Assembly: GCA_948433085.1 (NCBI GenBank)
Contig: CAOJDP010000002.1
Location: forward strand, 13,579-77,578
Direction: 5' to 3'
Source: an uncultured Bacillales bacterium
Lineage (GTDB): Bacteria; Bacillota_I; Bacilli_A; RF39; UBA660
DNA: 64,000 nt
A program made the translations under genes and the position numbers. Positions 19,339-30,009 of this stretch are shown piece after piece (positions within the stretch are counted from its first letter, which is position 1; every line of letters begins with the position of its first letter). The notes under the pieces were generated by a model that saw only the letters and a list, made by a program, of their open reading frames with translations, was not told the origin of the DNA and searched no databases.

Positions 19339-19723
19339 GGAAGAAGATAAAAAATATGTAGAAGCTGGAGGTAGAGTATCTTACTATGACTTTACCGAAA
19401 AAGAAATAGCACGAGTTGTTAAAACTAATGTCAAAGAAGTTGAAGCTATGGATTGGAGAATGTTAATTCAAATGTTATATCCAACTAATATGATTGGTAG
19501 CGGATTATTTCAACCAATACTTATATTTAGAATAGGAAGAAATGGGAAAAGAATTGACCCACCAATAGAAGCTTACAATAGTTTAGATGATATGAGAAAT
19601 GGTGAATGTTTATTATTTAGAATCATAGACCATATTGAAAAAAATAGTAAATTTAAAATTGATGATAGCTGGTATGAATTAAGAAAGAAAATATTAGAAG
19701 CTGGTGAATCAAATGAAAAGTAA
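19328..19723 (+). CDS. hypothetical phage protein
   Basis: ORF. Confidence 0.35.
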   Translation: MNYKEEDKKYVEAGGRVSYYDFTEKEIARVVKTNVKEVEAMDWRMLIQMLYPTNMIGSGLFQPILIFRIGRNGKRIDPPIEAYNSLDDMRNGECLLFRIIDHIEKNSKFKIDDSWYELRKKILEAGESNEK

Positions 19724-19997
19724 AGAAGAATATTTAAAAGCTGTTGATAATTTATTAGATAGTTATGACGCTTATTATATTGCAAATAAGTATGATGAAA
19801 AAAATAACACACATAAAAAAGAATTTAAAATGTTGATTGATTTATTCGAGAATAGTGAAATGGATTTGAGAGCAATTCAATGGATTCATAATTGCTATGA
19901 TTGTTATTATAAAAGTCAATATGAGAACGATGAAGAAAGCCCTTTTGCTTATTTAAAAAAATCAATAAATAGAAAGTTTGGTGCTAAAGATGAGTAG
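19704..19997 (+). CDS. hypothetical phage protein
   Basis: ORF. Confidence 0.35.
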   Translation: MNQMKSKEEYLKAVDNLLDSYDAYYIANKYDEKNNTHKKEFKMLIDLFENSEMDLRAIQWIHNCYDCYYKSQYENDEESPFAYLKKSINRKFGAKDE

Positions 19998-20220
19998 GAA
20001 GAAACTAGGAATGAAAAGACCAATTAAGCAATTTGATAAAGCTGTAGATGAAATGATTGAGTACATAAACGCATTTAATTTTATGCCACCTCGAGGAGAT
20101 GGAGCTAAAGAACAAGCTATCAACGAATGGAAACAATGTATCAATAATGTAATCATTCAAATAAATAACATTAAAAATACTCAAATAGATTTAATTTTAA
20201 GAGGTGATAGTAATGTTTAG
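19978..20220 (+). CDS. hypothetical phage protein
   Basis: ORF. Confidence 0.3.
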   Translation: MVLKMSRKKLGMKRPIKQFDKAVDEMIEYINAFNFMPPRGDGAKEQAINEWKQCINNVIIQINNIKNTQIDLILRGDSNV

Positions 20221-20443
20221 TTGTTTGTTTAATAAAAAGAATCAAGTAATAGATATTAAAGAACTTGAAAAAATCAATATATGCAAAGTATGTGGAAAAC
20301 AATTTGATTTAATAAAGGATAATAAATATATTGTTCAAGAAAATAAAGGGATAAATGGTATAGCTACAGGTACTAAAAAATTTGAATGTTTCGATTGTCC
20401 TCATTGTGGTTGCCAAAATGTCTTAAATGTAAGAGAGGGTTAA
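20204..20443 (+). CDS. small zinc-ribbon protein
   Basis: CKVCG ... CPHCGC. Confidence 0.35.
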   Translation: MIVMFSCLFNKKNQVIDIKELEKINICKVCGKQFDLIKDNKYIVQENKGINGIATGTKKFECFDCPHCGCQNVLNVREG

Positions 20444-20444
20444 T

Positions 20445-20948
20445 ATGAAACCAATAATTAGAAAAATAGAAGATAGATTTAACACACCATTTGCTGTATT
20501 TGAAAATTTATTAGGTAATTATATAGTGCGTCCTTTAGATTGGGAGGGAATATGGAATCCTGATGGAAAATTAGTAGGTGGAAATTCAATAGTAAGTTGT
20601 CCTATTAAAGAAGACGCTGAAATGATATGTGATACTTTTAATAGATTCTTTGAATTATTAAAAGAAAATAAACAGCTGAAATTAGATAATCAAAAGTTAG
20701 AGTATTGCTTAAATGAATACACATCACTTTATAAAGATGATTATACTAAAGTTGCAATAAAGAAGGTTATTTCTTTAATTAAATCTCATTTTGAAAAAGA
20801 TGAAGATAATTTTAAAAAAGTAAGTGAGGAAATTATAAAAGATTTATTTGATTCAAAAAATGAAAGTGCCGATGAATTAGCTAGATACATTCAAGTCCAA
20901 ATGTTTAATGCTCCATCTTTTGTTCCTATGGAGGATAAAGATGAATAA
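20445..20948 (+). CDS. hypothetical phage protein
   Basis: ORF. Confidence 0.35.
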   Translation: MKPIIRKIEDRFNTPFAVFENLLGNYIVRPLDWEGIWNPDGKLVGGNSIVSCPIKEDAEMICDTFNRFFELLKENKQLKLDNQKLEYCLNEYTSLYKDDYTKVAIKKVISLIKSHFEKDEDNFKKVSEEIIKDLFDSKNESADELARYIQVQMFNAPSFVPMEDKDE

Positions 20949-21219
20949 AGATTTAGAATTGTCTTTTAAAATGAGTGAAGAAGAAAAAGAAAGAATCAAG
21001 AAAATTTTACTTGGAAATGGTGGCGTAAGACATTATTTATTAAAGATAGCTGATGGTACTGAATTAGATGTTGTTGATTATAAAGATTATCAAAAATTAG
21101 AATCAAAAATTGATGAAGCAATAGAAATATTAAAACATAAATATAGTAATACAATGCTGGGAAAATACGGAAGTGAATTAAAATATATATTGCTAAAAAT
21201 ATTAGATGAGGTGAAATGA
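20941..21219 (+). CDS. hypothetical phage protein
   Basis: ATG with GGAGG RBS. Confidence 0.35.
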   Translation: MNKDLELSFKMSEEEKERIKKILLGNGGVRHYLLKIADGTELDVVDYKDYQKLESKIDEAIEILKHKYSNTMLGKYGSELKYILLKILDEVK

Positions 21220-21437
21220 TGTTTGTAATAGTAAATAAATCTAGTTATTACTCGATAGATGAATATTACATAAACACTTATATAGTACAAGGAGAGTATT
21301 ACATTGCTACGACAAAAAATATAGGAGAGGCAAAAAAATATTCCTCAAGAGCAAGAGCTGAAAAAGGATTAGAAGCATTGATTGGTAAAGTTGGTTATCA
21401 ATATGATTTAGAAATAAGAGAGGTAAACAATGAGTAA
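21216..21437 (+). CDS. hypothetical phage protein
   Basis: ORF. Confidence 0.3.
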   Translation: MMFVIVNKSSYYSIDEYYINTYIVQGEYYIATTKNIGEAKKYSSRARAEKGLEALIGKVGYQYDLEIREVNNE

Positions 21438-21831
21438 GACTTGGTATGGACATTATATATTCCCTGATTTAGTAAAAGGACAAGAATTTGTAGATTTTAA
21501 AGATTATTTAGAATTAGATAAAATAATCAAAAGTAAAGATGAAGAAATAAAAAATTTACAGGGCTCATTACAAACTTATGAAATTATATTAAAAACTAAT
21601 TTAGAAGCGTACACCAAAGAAAATTATAAACAAAGACAAATAATAAATCATCTATCAAGAAAGATTCAAAACAAAAATAAAAAGTATAGACAATTACAAG
21701 CTAAAAAAATGCCCCCTACTATGTATGGTAGAGAAGTTGTGATAGTTCCTGATAGTATGGCTGATAAGATTATGGTAGCTAATAAAGATTTTTTTGAGAT
21801 GGGAAGTGATATAAGTAATGGAAAACATTGA
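21430..21831 (+). CDS. hypothetical phage protein
   Basis: ORF. Confidence 0.35.
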   Translation: MSKTWYGHYIFPDLVKGQEFVDFKDYLELDKIIKSKDEEIKNLQGSLQTYEIILKTNLEAYTKENYKQRQIINHLSRKIQNKNKKYRQLQAKKMPPTMYGREVVIVPDSMADKIMVANKDFFEMGSDISNGKH

Positions 21832-22213
21832 GTATTCTTTAGATAGTTTTGGAAGAGTAAGAAAGACTATAATACCTATTCTTAATTATACTGAGTCACA
21901 AGAAGAATTACTGAAAAAAGAAGTTAAAATGGAATATGTTAATGACTTTGGAATAAGAAAACTTCTTATTGAAAATCAAAATTTAAGAGAAGAAAATCTA
22001 AGGCTAATTGATAGGGCTGAGGAAGTTAATGAAATGAGAGAAAGACATCTTTTAGGATTACAAGCTGAATTAGGCGGTTTATATGCTGATAAAGAAAATC
22101 TAATAAATTATTTAGAGGGAGCTATTGAATATGAAAAAACAGGCTTGTTATGGACTTCTAAAAAAAGACTAAAAGTTTACCAAGAAATATTAGATATGGT
22201 GAAGAAGAAATGA
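21818..22213 (+). CDS. hypothetical phage protein
   Basis: ORF. Confidence 0.35.
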   Translation: MENIEYSLDSFGRVRKTIIPILNYTESQEELLKKEVKMEYVNDFGIRKLLIENQNLREENLRLIDRAEEVNEMRERHLLGLQAELGGLYADKENLINYLEGAIEYEKTGLLWTSKKRLKVYQEILDMVKKK

Positions 22214-22345
22214 AAGCTGTAGAAGATGTAATAAATATACTTATTAAAGTAAAAGATGGAATTTTAAAGTTTTATATAGAAAATGGATATATTTATTGTG
22301 AAAATACAATAAGTCACGAAAGAGTAGTTGTAGGAGGTGTTAAAA

Positions 22346-22567
22346 ATGAATGAAAAAGATTCATTAAAATTGGCTAAAGACTTGCTAAATGACATAAATG
22401 AAAAAATAAGAAGATTAAGCAATATTTTAGATAGAGTTGATTCCGAATATGAATTAAACTTAGAAACTATTGATTATTCGGCTATAGGAAGTAAAAAGAC
22501 TTATATTCAACTAAATGTGACTTTAAAACAAGATTTACCTATTTATGCGGTGAAAGAGTATGAATGA
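22346..22567 (+). CDS. hypothetical phage protein
   Basis: ATG with GGAGG RBS. Confidence 0.35.
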   Translation: MNEKDSLKLAKDLLNDINEKIRRLSNILDRVDSEYELNLETIDYSAIGSKKTYIQLNVTLKQDLPIYAVKEYE

Positions 22568-23357
22568 GGAATTGTATGTATATAGAATTTATGAAGCTTG
22601 TGATGAGAGTGAAAAAAGTTATACTTATGGATTCTTTGATAGTGAAGTAAATAGGAAGTTGATAGATAGTGGATATGTCTTTGCTGAAAATCGGGAAGAA
22701 TTTAAAAGTATCATTAAAGAAACATATCCTAATATCAACTTTGGTAGAAAGAAAAATGTTCCAATAGGATTCCAATATTGCTCGGTTGTATATCATAATA
22801 AATATGATAATTCTAAATCTCAAATACTTAGCTATAAATGTGATTATTGTAATAAAGAAGTCTTTAATGATGTATTTAGCACTCCATACAATTTATATCA
22901 AACATATCACTATATTGGTATTGGGAAGAAAATTGATAATAAATATTATTATTGCTCTCAGGAATGTAAAGATAAACATTGTGAAGCATTAAAGCAAGAA
23001 GAACAAAATAAAAATGGAAACAACTATGTTGATGAATTTATTACCAAAGAATCTTTTTCTAATTATAATGATGGATTTATATATAAAATATCTAAAAAAT
23101 CAACAGGAGAGTTTTATATAGGTCAAACAAAATATGTACCAATATTTAGATGGGGACAACATTTAAAAACTGAAAGATTTAATATAGATAATATATGTGA
23201 TTATTTATTTGAAGTAATAGAAATATGTCCTATAAGCAATTTGAATGAAAGAGAAAGCCATTATATAAATTTATATAAAAATGACCCATTAAACTTAAAT
23301 ATTATGATTCCTAAAGATAAGGAACAATTAAAGCTAGATATGGAGGTGAATAGTTAA
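22560..23357 (+). CDS. GIY-YIG nuclease-domain protein (C-terminal GIY-YIG, N-terminal Cys-rich region)
   Basis: GFIYKISKKSTGEFYIGQT ... RWGQHL ... E ... N matches GIY-YIG; N-terminal region carries CDYCNK / CSQEC. Confidence 0.55.
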   Translation: MNEELYVYRIYEACDESEKSYTYGFFDSEVNRKLIDSGYVFAENREEFKSIIKETYPNINFGRKKNVPIGFQYCSVVYHNKYDNSKSQILSYKCDYCNKEVFNDVFSTPYNLYQTYHYIGIGKKIDNKYYYCSQECKDKHCEALKQEEQNKNGNNYVDEFITKESFSNYNDGFIYKISKKSTGEFYIGQTKYVPIFRWGQHLKTERFNIDNICDYLFEVIEICPISNLNERESHYINLYKNDPLNLNIMIPKDKEQLKLDMEVNS

Positions 23358-23884
23358 TGGAGGAAGAAACTAAAAATGAGATAGTAAAAAAGGTACTGGA
23401 AGAATTAAAAAGTAAGAAGTTATTAAAGAATCCTAAATCATCTTATAAGAGTACGGAAAAGATATTATATAGTTTAAATGTTTTACCAGAGGCTATAAAG
23501 TTGATAGATGATGAAGTAAAGCAATTAGAAAAGGAAATAGAAGATATACCTAAAGCTCCAGCTAAATCAAATACTCTTGTTTTAAATGAGAGGGACGCCA
23601 CTTATATTTATGGTGATGAAACACTAGAAACTAGAATAAGTGAATTGAAGCAAATATCAGTAAAGGCAAAGTCACAAGTAAGGCTAGTTAATAATGCTCT
23701 AAAGAAAATTGAAGATAATAAATGGTATGAGATTATTCCAATGTATTATTTTAAAGAAATGACTATAGAGGAAATAGCTGAGGAGTTAGATTGCTCAGTA
23801 GGGACTATAAGTATGAATAAGAAAGAACTTATAAATAAATTAAAGGTATATATATTTCCTGATACTTTTATGAATGAATTATAA
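23357..23884 (+). CDS. ArpU/RinA-like phage late transcriptional activator (sigma region-4-like HTH)
   Basis: C-terminal MTIEEIAEELDCSVGTISMNKKELINKL resembles sigma-70 region 4; sits just upstream of the packaging module. Confidence 0.55.
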   Translation: MEEETKNEIVKKVLEELKSKKLLKNPKSSYKSTEKILYSLNVLPEAIKLIDDEVKQLEKEIEDIPKAPAKSNTLVLNERDATYIYGDETLETRISELKQISVKAKSQVRLVNNALKKIEDNKWYEIIPMYYFKEMTIEEIAEELDCSVGTISMNKKELINKLKVYIFPDTFMNEL

Positions 23885-24139
23885 AAATTGAAAAATGGCT
23901 GAAAAAGTGCTGTATGGACTACTGAAAATATAATGATATAATATAGTAAAATGAAATAATTATGATAGCTGAATGAATCAACAATCATAATTATTTTTTA
24001 TTTGATTAAATATGGGTGGTAGTTTAAAGGAAAAACACATCGTTAGTAAGTAATGAAAGCGGTGTATATGAAGTTCGATTCTTTGTACACCCGTCCTTTT
24101 TATTCTTTTTATTCGTTGATGTTATCAACAAAAAAGAGT

Positions 24140-24161
24140 GGAGCTAGAAATAGCTCCTTTT
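24140..24161 (+). terminator. rho-independent terminator (ggagcta-gaaa-tagctcc-TTTT)
   Basis: 7-bp GC-containing stem, GAAA loop, T-run. Confidence 0.55.
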
Positions 24162-24434
24162 ATGTGATTAAAAAGTGGGTGATGATTATGATTGAAACAA
24201 TAATAAAGATTTTATTCTTATTAGGAATGAGTATATTTTGTGGAGGGGTAATTGCACTCAATTATATAGATGAAATCATAGATTGGCTAAATAAAAGAAA
24301 TGATAGGAAAAGATAGTCTATGAAAGAAAAGAATACATTGTGGTTGTGTATGAGATATAGCGGAAGCTGTAAGCTATGTCCTAGAAATAAAAAGTGTGAT
24401 GAGGAAATAGAGAAAGAAAGGCTAGGTGCTAGAT

Positions 24435-24908
24435 ATGAAAGTAAAAATACTAGGAACGGAATACGAAATAGTAATGGACGCCGAAGAAAAAGACTATCCA
24501 ATATTAAAAGACGCTGACGGGTACGCTGATTTTACTATAAAAAAGATTGTAGTAAAAAAGTTAATACAAGATGGTGAAAGCTACGAAGACCTAGAATTAT
24601 GGCAAAGAAAGACATTAAGGCACGAAATAGTACACGCCTTTTTATATGAAAGTGGTTTGTGGCAAAATAGTTTTAAAGATTGGGCTAGAAATGAAGAAAT
24701 GACGGATTGGATAGCTTTACAATTTGAAAAGATGTTAGATGTATTTAAAGAAGTAAAAGCTATTAAAAGTGATGAATTGACTATAGGAATTGATTTAGGC
24801 GTTGAATCACCAAAACAAAAAGAATCTTTAGCGGTTGCTATGGCTAATGCTCTAAAAGAATGTAATGATAAGAAGTATGCTGAACTTCTAGCTGGAGGTG
24901 ATGGATAA
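24435..24908 (+). CDS. hypothetical phage protein with HExxH motif
   Basis: TLRHEIVHAFLYESG; precedes terS. Confidence 0.4.
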   Translation: MKVKILGTEYEIVMDAEEKDYPILKDADGYADFTIKKIVVKKLIQDGESYEDLELWQRKTLRHEIVHAFLYESGLWQNSFKDWARNEEMTDWIALQFEKMLDVFKEVKAIKSDELTIGIDLGVESPKQKESLAVAMANALKECNDKKYAELLAGGDG

Positions 24909-25483
24909 TGACCTCTTTAAGTAATCAACAAAAGCTATTTTGCCAAAAGTATCTTGAATTAGGTATGAATGGTACACAAGCTTATCTAAGTGTATATAAG
25001 ACTTGCAAGAAAGAAGAAACAGCTATGGCTGGTGCTAGTAGATTGTTAAGAAATGTTAAGGTAAAAGAATACATAGAAGAGCTACAATCGAAAGTAGAAG
25101 AAAAGGCTATAGTGACTATAGAAGATATAGTAAAAGAGCTCACAGCTATAGCATTTACTGATAGAACTAAGATTAGTCAAAATGTTAGAAATAGAATAAT
25201 GCTACAAGATGATAAAGACGGAACTAAGAAAGAATACTTCGAAGATAATGTTATATTTACTCAAACAAGTGAGTTAGATGAAACTACTAGAAAAGTAATA
25301 GCTGGATATAAAAAGACAAAATCAGGCTTTGCTGTAGAAACCTATGATAAGATGAAAGCTCTTGAACTACTAGGCAAGTATTTAGGAATGTTTAAAGATG
25401 AAGCTCCAAACATAACTAATAACATAATCAATCCGTATGCTAATTTAAGTGAGGAAGAATTACGAAAATTGGCTGGTGATTAG
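24908..25483 (+). CDS. terS: terminase small subunit
   Basis: N-terminal LSNQQKLFCQKYLELGMNGTQAYL typical of P27-family small terminases; directly upstream of terL. Confidence 0.7.
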   Translation: MTSLSNQQKLFCQKYLELGMNGTQAYLSVYKTCKKEETAMAGASRLLRNVKVKEYIEELQSKVEEKAIVTIEDIVKELTAIAFTDRTKISQNVRNRIMLQDDKDGTKKEYFEDNVIFTQTSELDETTRKVIAGYKKTKSGFAVETYDKMKALELLGKYLGMFKDEAPNITNNIINPYANLSEEELRKLAGD

Positions 25484-25485
25484 AG

Positions 25486-26865
25486 ATGATAATACCTGAG
25501 TATGTAAGAGAACAGGCAAAATATGAATTAGCTAGGCGTAGTTTTTGGGAATATTGTAAGTTAAAAGCTCCTGACTTATATATGGAGAGTAGGACATATT
25601 TAAAAGAGTTTTGCTATCAGTTGCAAGCTTTTTTAGATTCACCAAAAAAAGTATTAGTTGTTAATATGCCTCCTAGACACGGAAAGAGTAGAACTCTTAC
25701 ATTATTTGTTCAATGGTGTTTAGGTAGAAATATCCATTATAAGATAATGACAGGTAGTTATAATGAAATACTATCCGGAACTTTTGCTAAAGCTGTAAGG
25801 GACGCTATACAAGAAGAAGATGGAATCTTTGGTAAAGTATTTCATAATGTAAAAGTTAAATATGGTGAAGCTTCTATGAAAAAGTGGGCTTTAGAGGGAA
25901 ATGAAGAAGCCAATTATTTAGCAACTTCTCCTAAAGGTACAGCTACAGGATTTGGTTGTTTACTAATGATTATAGATGACTTAATCAAGACAGCCAAAGA
26001 AGCTTATAATGAACTACTATTAGAAGAACATCAAACTTGGTTTACTGATACAATGCTACAAAGAACTGAAACAGGATTCAAGATAATAGTAGTTATGACT
26101 AGATGGGCTACAAATGACTTAGCTGGGTATATATTAAGAGAATATGAAGATGATTGTATTCATATCAACTATAAAGCTGTTCAAGATGATGGAACAATGC
26201 TTTGTGATGAAGTATTAAGCAAGAAAGACTATCTATTCAAAATAAAGAATATGAATAAGGATATTGCTGAAGCTAACTACAATCAAATATGTGTCGATGA
26301 AAAAGGTCGATTATATAAGAATCTTAAAACATATCAAGTCAATCCCGGATTTGGAACAATATATGCGTATGTTGATACAGCTGATGACGGAGATGATTTT
26401 TTATGTGCTATTGTATATGGATTGCTTAATAAAGAGCCTTATATTATAGATGTTTTATTTACTGATGAGGGAATGGAAATAACTGAAAATGAATGTGCTG
26501 ATTTATTATTTAGAAATAATGTTAATCTAGCTTATATTGAATCCAATAATGGTGGACGAGGATTTGCTAGAAATGTTAAGAGAATATTAAAAGAAAAGTA
26601 CAAGTCAAATAAATGTGTTATTAAACCATTTACTCAAACAGCTAATAAACAATCAAGAATCTTATCTAGTTCATATTGGGTTATGGAACATATCCATTTT
26701 CCATTTAACTGGGCTAAGAGATGGGAAGAATTTTATAAACACATTACTAGATATCAAAAGAAAGGTAAAAATGCTCACGATGATGGACCTGATGTGTTAG
26801 CTGGAATATATGACAAGACCGTTGGTGAAAAAGGGTCGTCTTTTGGTAGCACTAAACCAGCGTAA
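25486..26865 (+). CDS. terL: terminase large subunit
   Basis: Walker-A-like NMPPRHGKSRTLT; C-terminal nuclease-domain acidic residues (HDDGPD). Confidence 0.8.
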   Translation: MIIPEYVREQAKYELARRSFWEYCKLKAPDLYMESRTYLKEFCYQLQAFLDSPKKVLVVNMPPRHGKSRTLTLFVQWCLGRNIHYKIMTGSYNEILSGTFAKAVRDAIQEEDGIFGKVFHNVKVKYGEASMKKWALEGNEEANYLATSPKGTATGFGCLLMIIDDLIKTAKEAYNELLLEEHQTWFTDTMLQRTETGFKIIVVMTRWATNDLAGYILREYEDDCIHINYKAVQDDGTMLCDEVLSKKDYLFKIKNMNKDIAEANYNQICVDEKGRLYKNLKTYQVNPGFGTIYAYVDTADDGDDFLCAIVYGLLNKEPYIIDVLFTDEGMEITENECADLLFRNNVNLAYIESNNGGRGFARNVKRILKEKYKSNKCVIKPFTQTANKQSRILSSSYWVMEHIHFPFNWAKRWEEFYKHITRYQKKGKNAHDDGPDVLAGIYDKTVGEKGSSFGSTKPA

Positions 26866-26879
26866 AGGAGGAATGAGTT

Positions 26880-28541
26880 ATGCTACAATATAATAAAGAA
26901 TATATAATCAATCCCGACAATATAGCTTCTATATTAAAAGACGCTAAACCTGAATGGGAAAAAAGAAAAAAGTTATATGAAATGAAGAATAGAAAAAGAC
27001 ATACTTTTGATTTAGTGGCTACAAATGATACTAATATTAAAGTAGGTTTTGAATCAGTAGTATCTAATATGATTAGTGGTTATATGGGTGGTAAAGCACC
27101 TATATATCAAGTAGAAGAAATGCCTACGGAGGAAAAACAAAATATTTTAAAGAAATTATTTGATAAGATATTTAATAAAACTGACAACGATAGAAAAGAA
27201 TATCAAGTATTTATTGATTTTATAAGGGACTATAATGATGACCCTTATTTTTATTATAAGTTAGTACAAGATTATGTTGATATGACAGCTGGCTATGGTA
27301 TTTTTTATGAAAATGAAGATAATGAAATAGTTTATGCTAATACTGACCCTAGACAAACTATAGCTTTATATGATTTTTCTACACCTGTTAAGAAAATAGG
27401 ATTGCTAAGACATTGGGAAGAAACTGACGCTACTGGTGAAAAGTATGATGTTGTATTAGTGACTACTGAAGAATTTAGATATTACTTTAAAAATAGTAAG
27501 CTACAAGCTGAGGACTTTTATGAAGATGAAGAGGCTAGAGAAACTATTAGCTGGGGCTGTGTTCCGTGTATAGCAATAGAAAATCCTGATGGATTAGCTT
27601 GTTTTGAATTAGCTAAGTCTTGTATATGTGCTTATGAAAGAGTAATGAATAACTCTAAAAATACTTTCCAATACAATGATGACGCTAAACTTATGGTGAC
27701 AGGATACGAGCCAAAAGAAGAAACTCTTATTGAAAAAAGAGAAAAGAAGCTCGTAGATAAGGTTGATGAATTTGGTGATGTTGAAACTGATGATGAGGGA
27801 AATGTCATACAAGTAGAACAAGAAGAAATTGTATATGATGAAAACGGAGAAACAATATGGATTCCTAATATTAAAAGACAAAAAGAAGATGAAGTTGTAT
27901 TACAAGCTCCTGTCTTTTATGCTGGTGAGGGAGGAAGTATTGAATGGGTAGAAAAGAATATCAATGATAGTGCTTTACAAAACTATAAGAAAACCCTTAT
28001 AGATTTAATATTTATGATTAGTAATTGCCCTAATGTAAATGATTTAGGATTTACTAATGCGGATAATAGTTCAGCACTAGAAAAGAAATTCTTTCCACTT
28101 GAACAATCAGTAGCATACCTAGATAAGTCTTTAAGAAAAGAATTATTAGCTATGTGGGAAGCATTTACTAATAGAATCAACTTAAAAAAAGGAACTAATT
28201 ATGATTTTAGAAATTTAAAAATAAAGCTACAAAGAAATATGCCTACTGACAAACAAGCTGAAACCACAAGAGCTTTATCACTTAGAGGACTTATTTGTGA
28301 TGAATCAGTTATCAATCTATTACCTGATGAGTTAGACGCTTCTAGTGAAATTGAGAAGATGAAAACTCAAAGTGAAGAAAACCTAGAAGAAAATATGAAA
28401 AAGATTGAATCTTTTGGAAAAGGTGGTAATGATGAAGATAATAAAGAAAATGGTGAGGATTCTAATAGCAATGATAACTCCAATAATCCTATTTCTAACA
28501 AAGGAAAAGGAGCTACCGAAGTTCAAATGAAAGAAAAGTAG
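26880..28541 (+). CDS. portal protein
   Basis: 553 aa immediately after terL; acidic C-terminus. Confidence 0.6.
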   Translation: MLQYNKEYIINPDNIASILKDAKPEWEKRKKLYEMKNRKRHTFDLVATNDTNIKVGFESVVSNMISGYMGGKAPIYQVEEMPTEEKQNILKKLFDKIFNKTDNDRKEYQVFIDFIRDYNDDPYFYYKLVQDYVDMTAGYGIFYENEDNEIVYANTDPRQTIALYDFSTPVKKIGLLRHWEETDATGEKYDVVLVTTEEFRYYFKNSKLQAEDFYEDEEARETISWGCVPCIAIENPDGLACFELAKSCICAYERVMNNSKNTFQYNDDAKLMVTGYEPKEETLIEKREKKLVDKVDEFGDVETDDEGNVIQVEQEEIVYDENGETIWIPNIKRQKEDEVVLQAPVFYAGEGGSIEWVEKNINDSALQNYKKTLIDLIFMISNCPNVNDLGFTNADNSSALEKKFFPLEQSVAYLDKSLRKELLAMWEAFTNRINLKKGTNYDFRNLKIKLQRNMPTDKQAETTRALSLRGLICDESVINLLPDELDASSEIEKMKTQSEENLEENMKKIESFGKGGNDEDNKENGEDSNSNDNSNNPISNKGKGATEVQMKEK

Positions 28542-28551
28542 GTGATATATA

Positions 28552-30009
28552 ATGGATAATAAAACTATCCTAGATAACCGCTGGTGTTATACTGATATGA
28601 AATTAAGAGATTATCTTAAAATATATAAAAAAATAAGTTCTAAAACACAAGATAGAATCCAAGATATATTCAATAGCATAGATTTTGAATATACTGACCT
28701 TAATAAACCTATATCTAGTAATAAAAAGAAGAAACTACTTAGGATTATAGAAGAGTGGAAAGAATCCAATATATTGAATAGATATTTTGGATATATGGTA
28801 AATGAATTGATTAGGAAAAGATATATTACTAATCAAGAAATGTTAGATATATTATTGTGGGGAGCTTATATCAAAGAAAGAAATCAGTTAGACGAATATG
28901 AGCAAGTCTTATTTACTGAAATAGGACAAGACTTATATAGACAGGGTATTGAAGAAATAAAGCCTACTAAAAAGAAAAAGTGGAGCTTGACTTGGGAATA
29001 TATATGGTCGATGTTATGCTTGCCTAATGTAAAGGGTAGTAGCTGGATAACTTATATTGAAGCGTTAGCTTTAACTAATGCTCAAGAAATAGAAAGACAA
29101 GCTACTATCCAATTACAGCAAAATAAAAAGCCTAATATTGAAGATGATGTATTCAAAAATATAGTTAAGAAACAACAAAATAGATATATTTCTATAAATG
29201 GTGATAAAACTAGCGGTGCTTTAGACAGCCAAGTAGTGGAAATAGCTAGTAAGTCTTTATTAAAAGCTGGTGAAGATGTAGGACAAAAGAAACTTAGAGC
29301 TAGATTTATTGCTGAGATAGATGAAAAGACAACTAAGATGTGTGATGGTATGAATGGAATGTTATTCTATGTAAATGATTGGAATAGATTTTATAGATAT
29401 AGTGCTGATGATGGTAGAGATGTTCTTTATACAATTAAAGGACTAGAGGTAGGAGCTAATTTACCTCCTATCAATAATCATTTTCATTATTGTAGAAGTA
29501 CCATAACTTACCTAACTGAAATGAAATATAATGAGCTTATAGCCGAATATAATCAGTTAAAGAAGATAATACCTACTGAAATCCCTAATAACATTGAAGA
29601 ATACGCTAAATTGAGGTATAATAATAGCAATTATTATGAAGAAACGAAACTCAAAGAAGAGATAGGAAAACATTATAAGAAAGACCTAGAAATAGGTGAA
29701 AGGAAGAAAACTTTATCATTTAAAGATTATTATAATAAAGTAAATGATACGAGAGAATATCTTAATAATGTTCAAGCTAAAGGTTTTGGAACTATTGGTG
29801 AAGTAAAATTACATACTATTGATAGAATGATAGATAGAAATATTACTAAGGAAGATATAAAAAGTATCTTAGAGAATCCTGAGAATAGTTGGTTTAGTCC
29901 TATCAATAATAGTCAAGTGTTCTTTAAAGATAAAAAAATGGTTGCTATTGATATTGATGAATTAAGTATCAAGACAGCTTATAAGGGAAGAGGTAAAAAA
30001 AATGAATAA
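28552..30009 (+). CDS. head morphogenesis / minor capsid protein (SPP1 gp7-like)
   Basis: Position after portal; size. Confidence 0.45.
   Translation: MDNKTILDNRWCYTDMKLRDYLKIYKKISSKTQDRIQDIFNSIDFEYTDLNKPISSNKKKKLLRIIEEWKESNILNRYFGYMVNELIRKRYITNQEMLDILLWGAYIKERNQLDEYEQVLFTEIGQDLYRQGIEEIKPTKKKKWSLTWEYIWSMLCLPNVKGSSWITYIEALALTNAQEIERQATIQLQQNKKPNIEDDVFKNIVKKQQNRYISINGDKTSGALDSQVVEIASKSLLKAGEDVGQKKLRARFIAEIDEKTTKMCDGMNGMLFYVNDWNRFYRYSADDGRDVLYTIKGLEVGANLPPINNHFHYCRSTITYLTEMKYNELIAEYNQLKKIIPTEIPNNIEEYAKLRYNNSNYYEETKLKEEIGKHYKKDLEIGERKKTLSFKDYYNKVNDTREYLNNVQAKGFGTIGEVKLHTIDRMIDRNITKEDIKSILENPENSWFSPINNSQVFFKDKKMVAIDIDELSIKTAYKGRGKKNE

Noticed and set aside
24053-24316. 87-aa ORF between the ArpU-like gene and the packaging genes
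   Set aside because: A strong terminator hairpin (24140-24161) lies inside it. Only the C-terminal ~44-aa TM portion (from ~24187) might be a real small protein, and that is too uncertain to call.
24320-24517. 65-aa basic ORF overlapping the start of 24435-24908
   Set aside because: It is an alternate frame with no RBS and is probably spurious.
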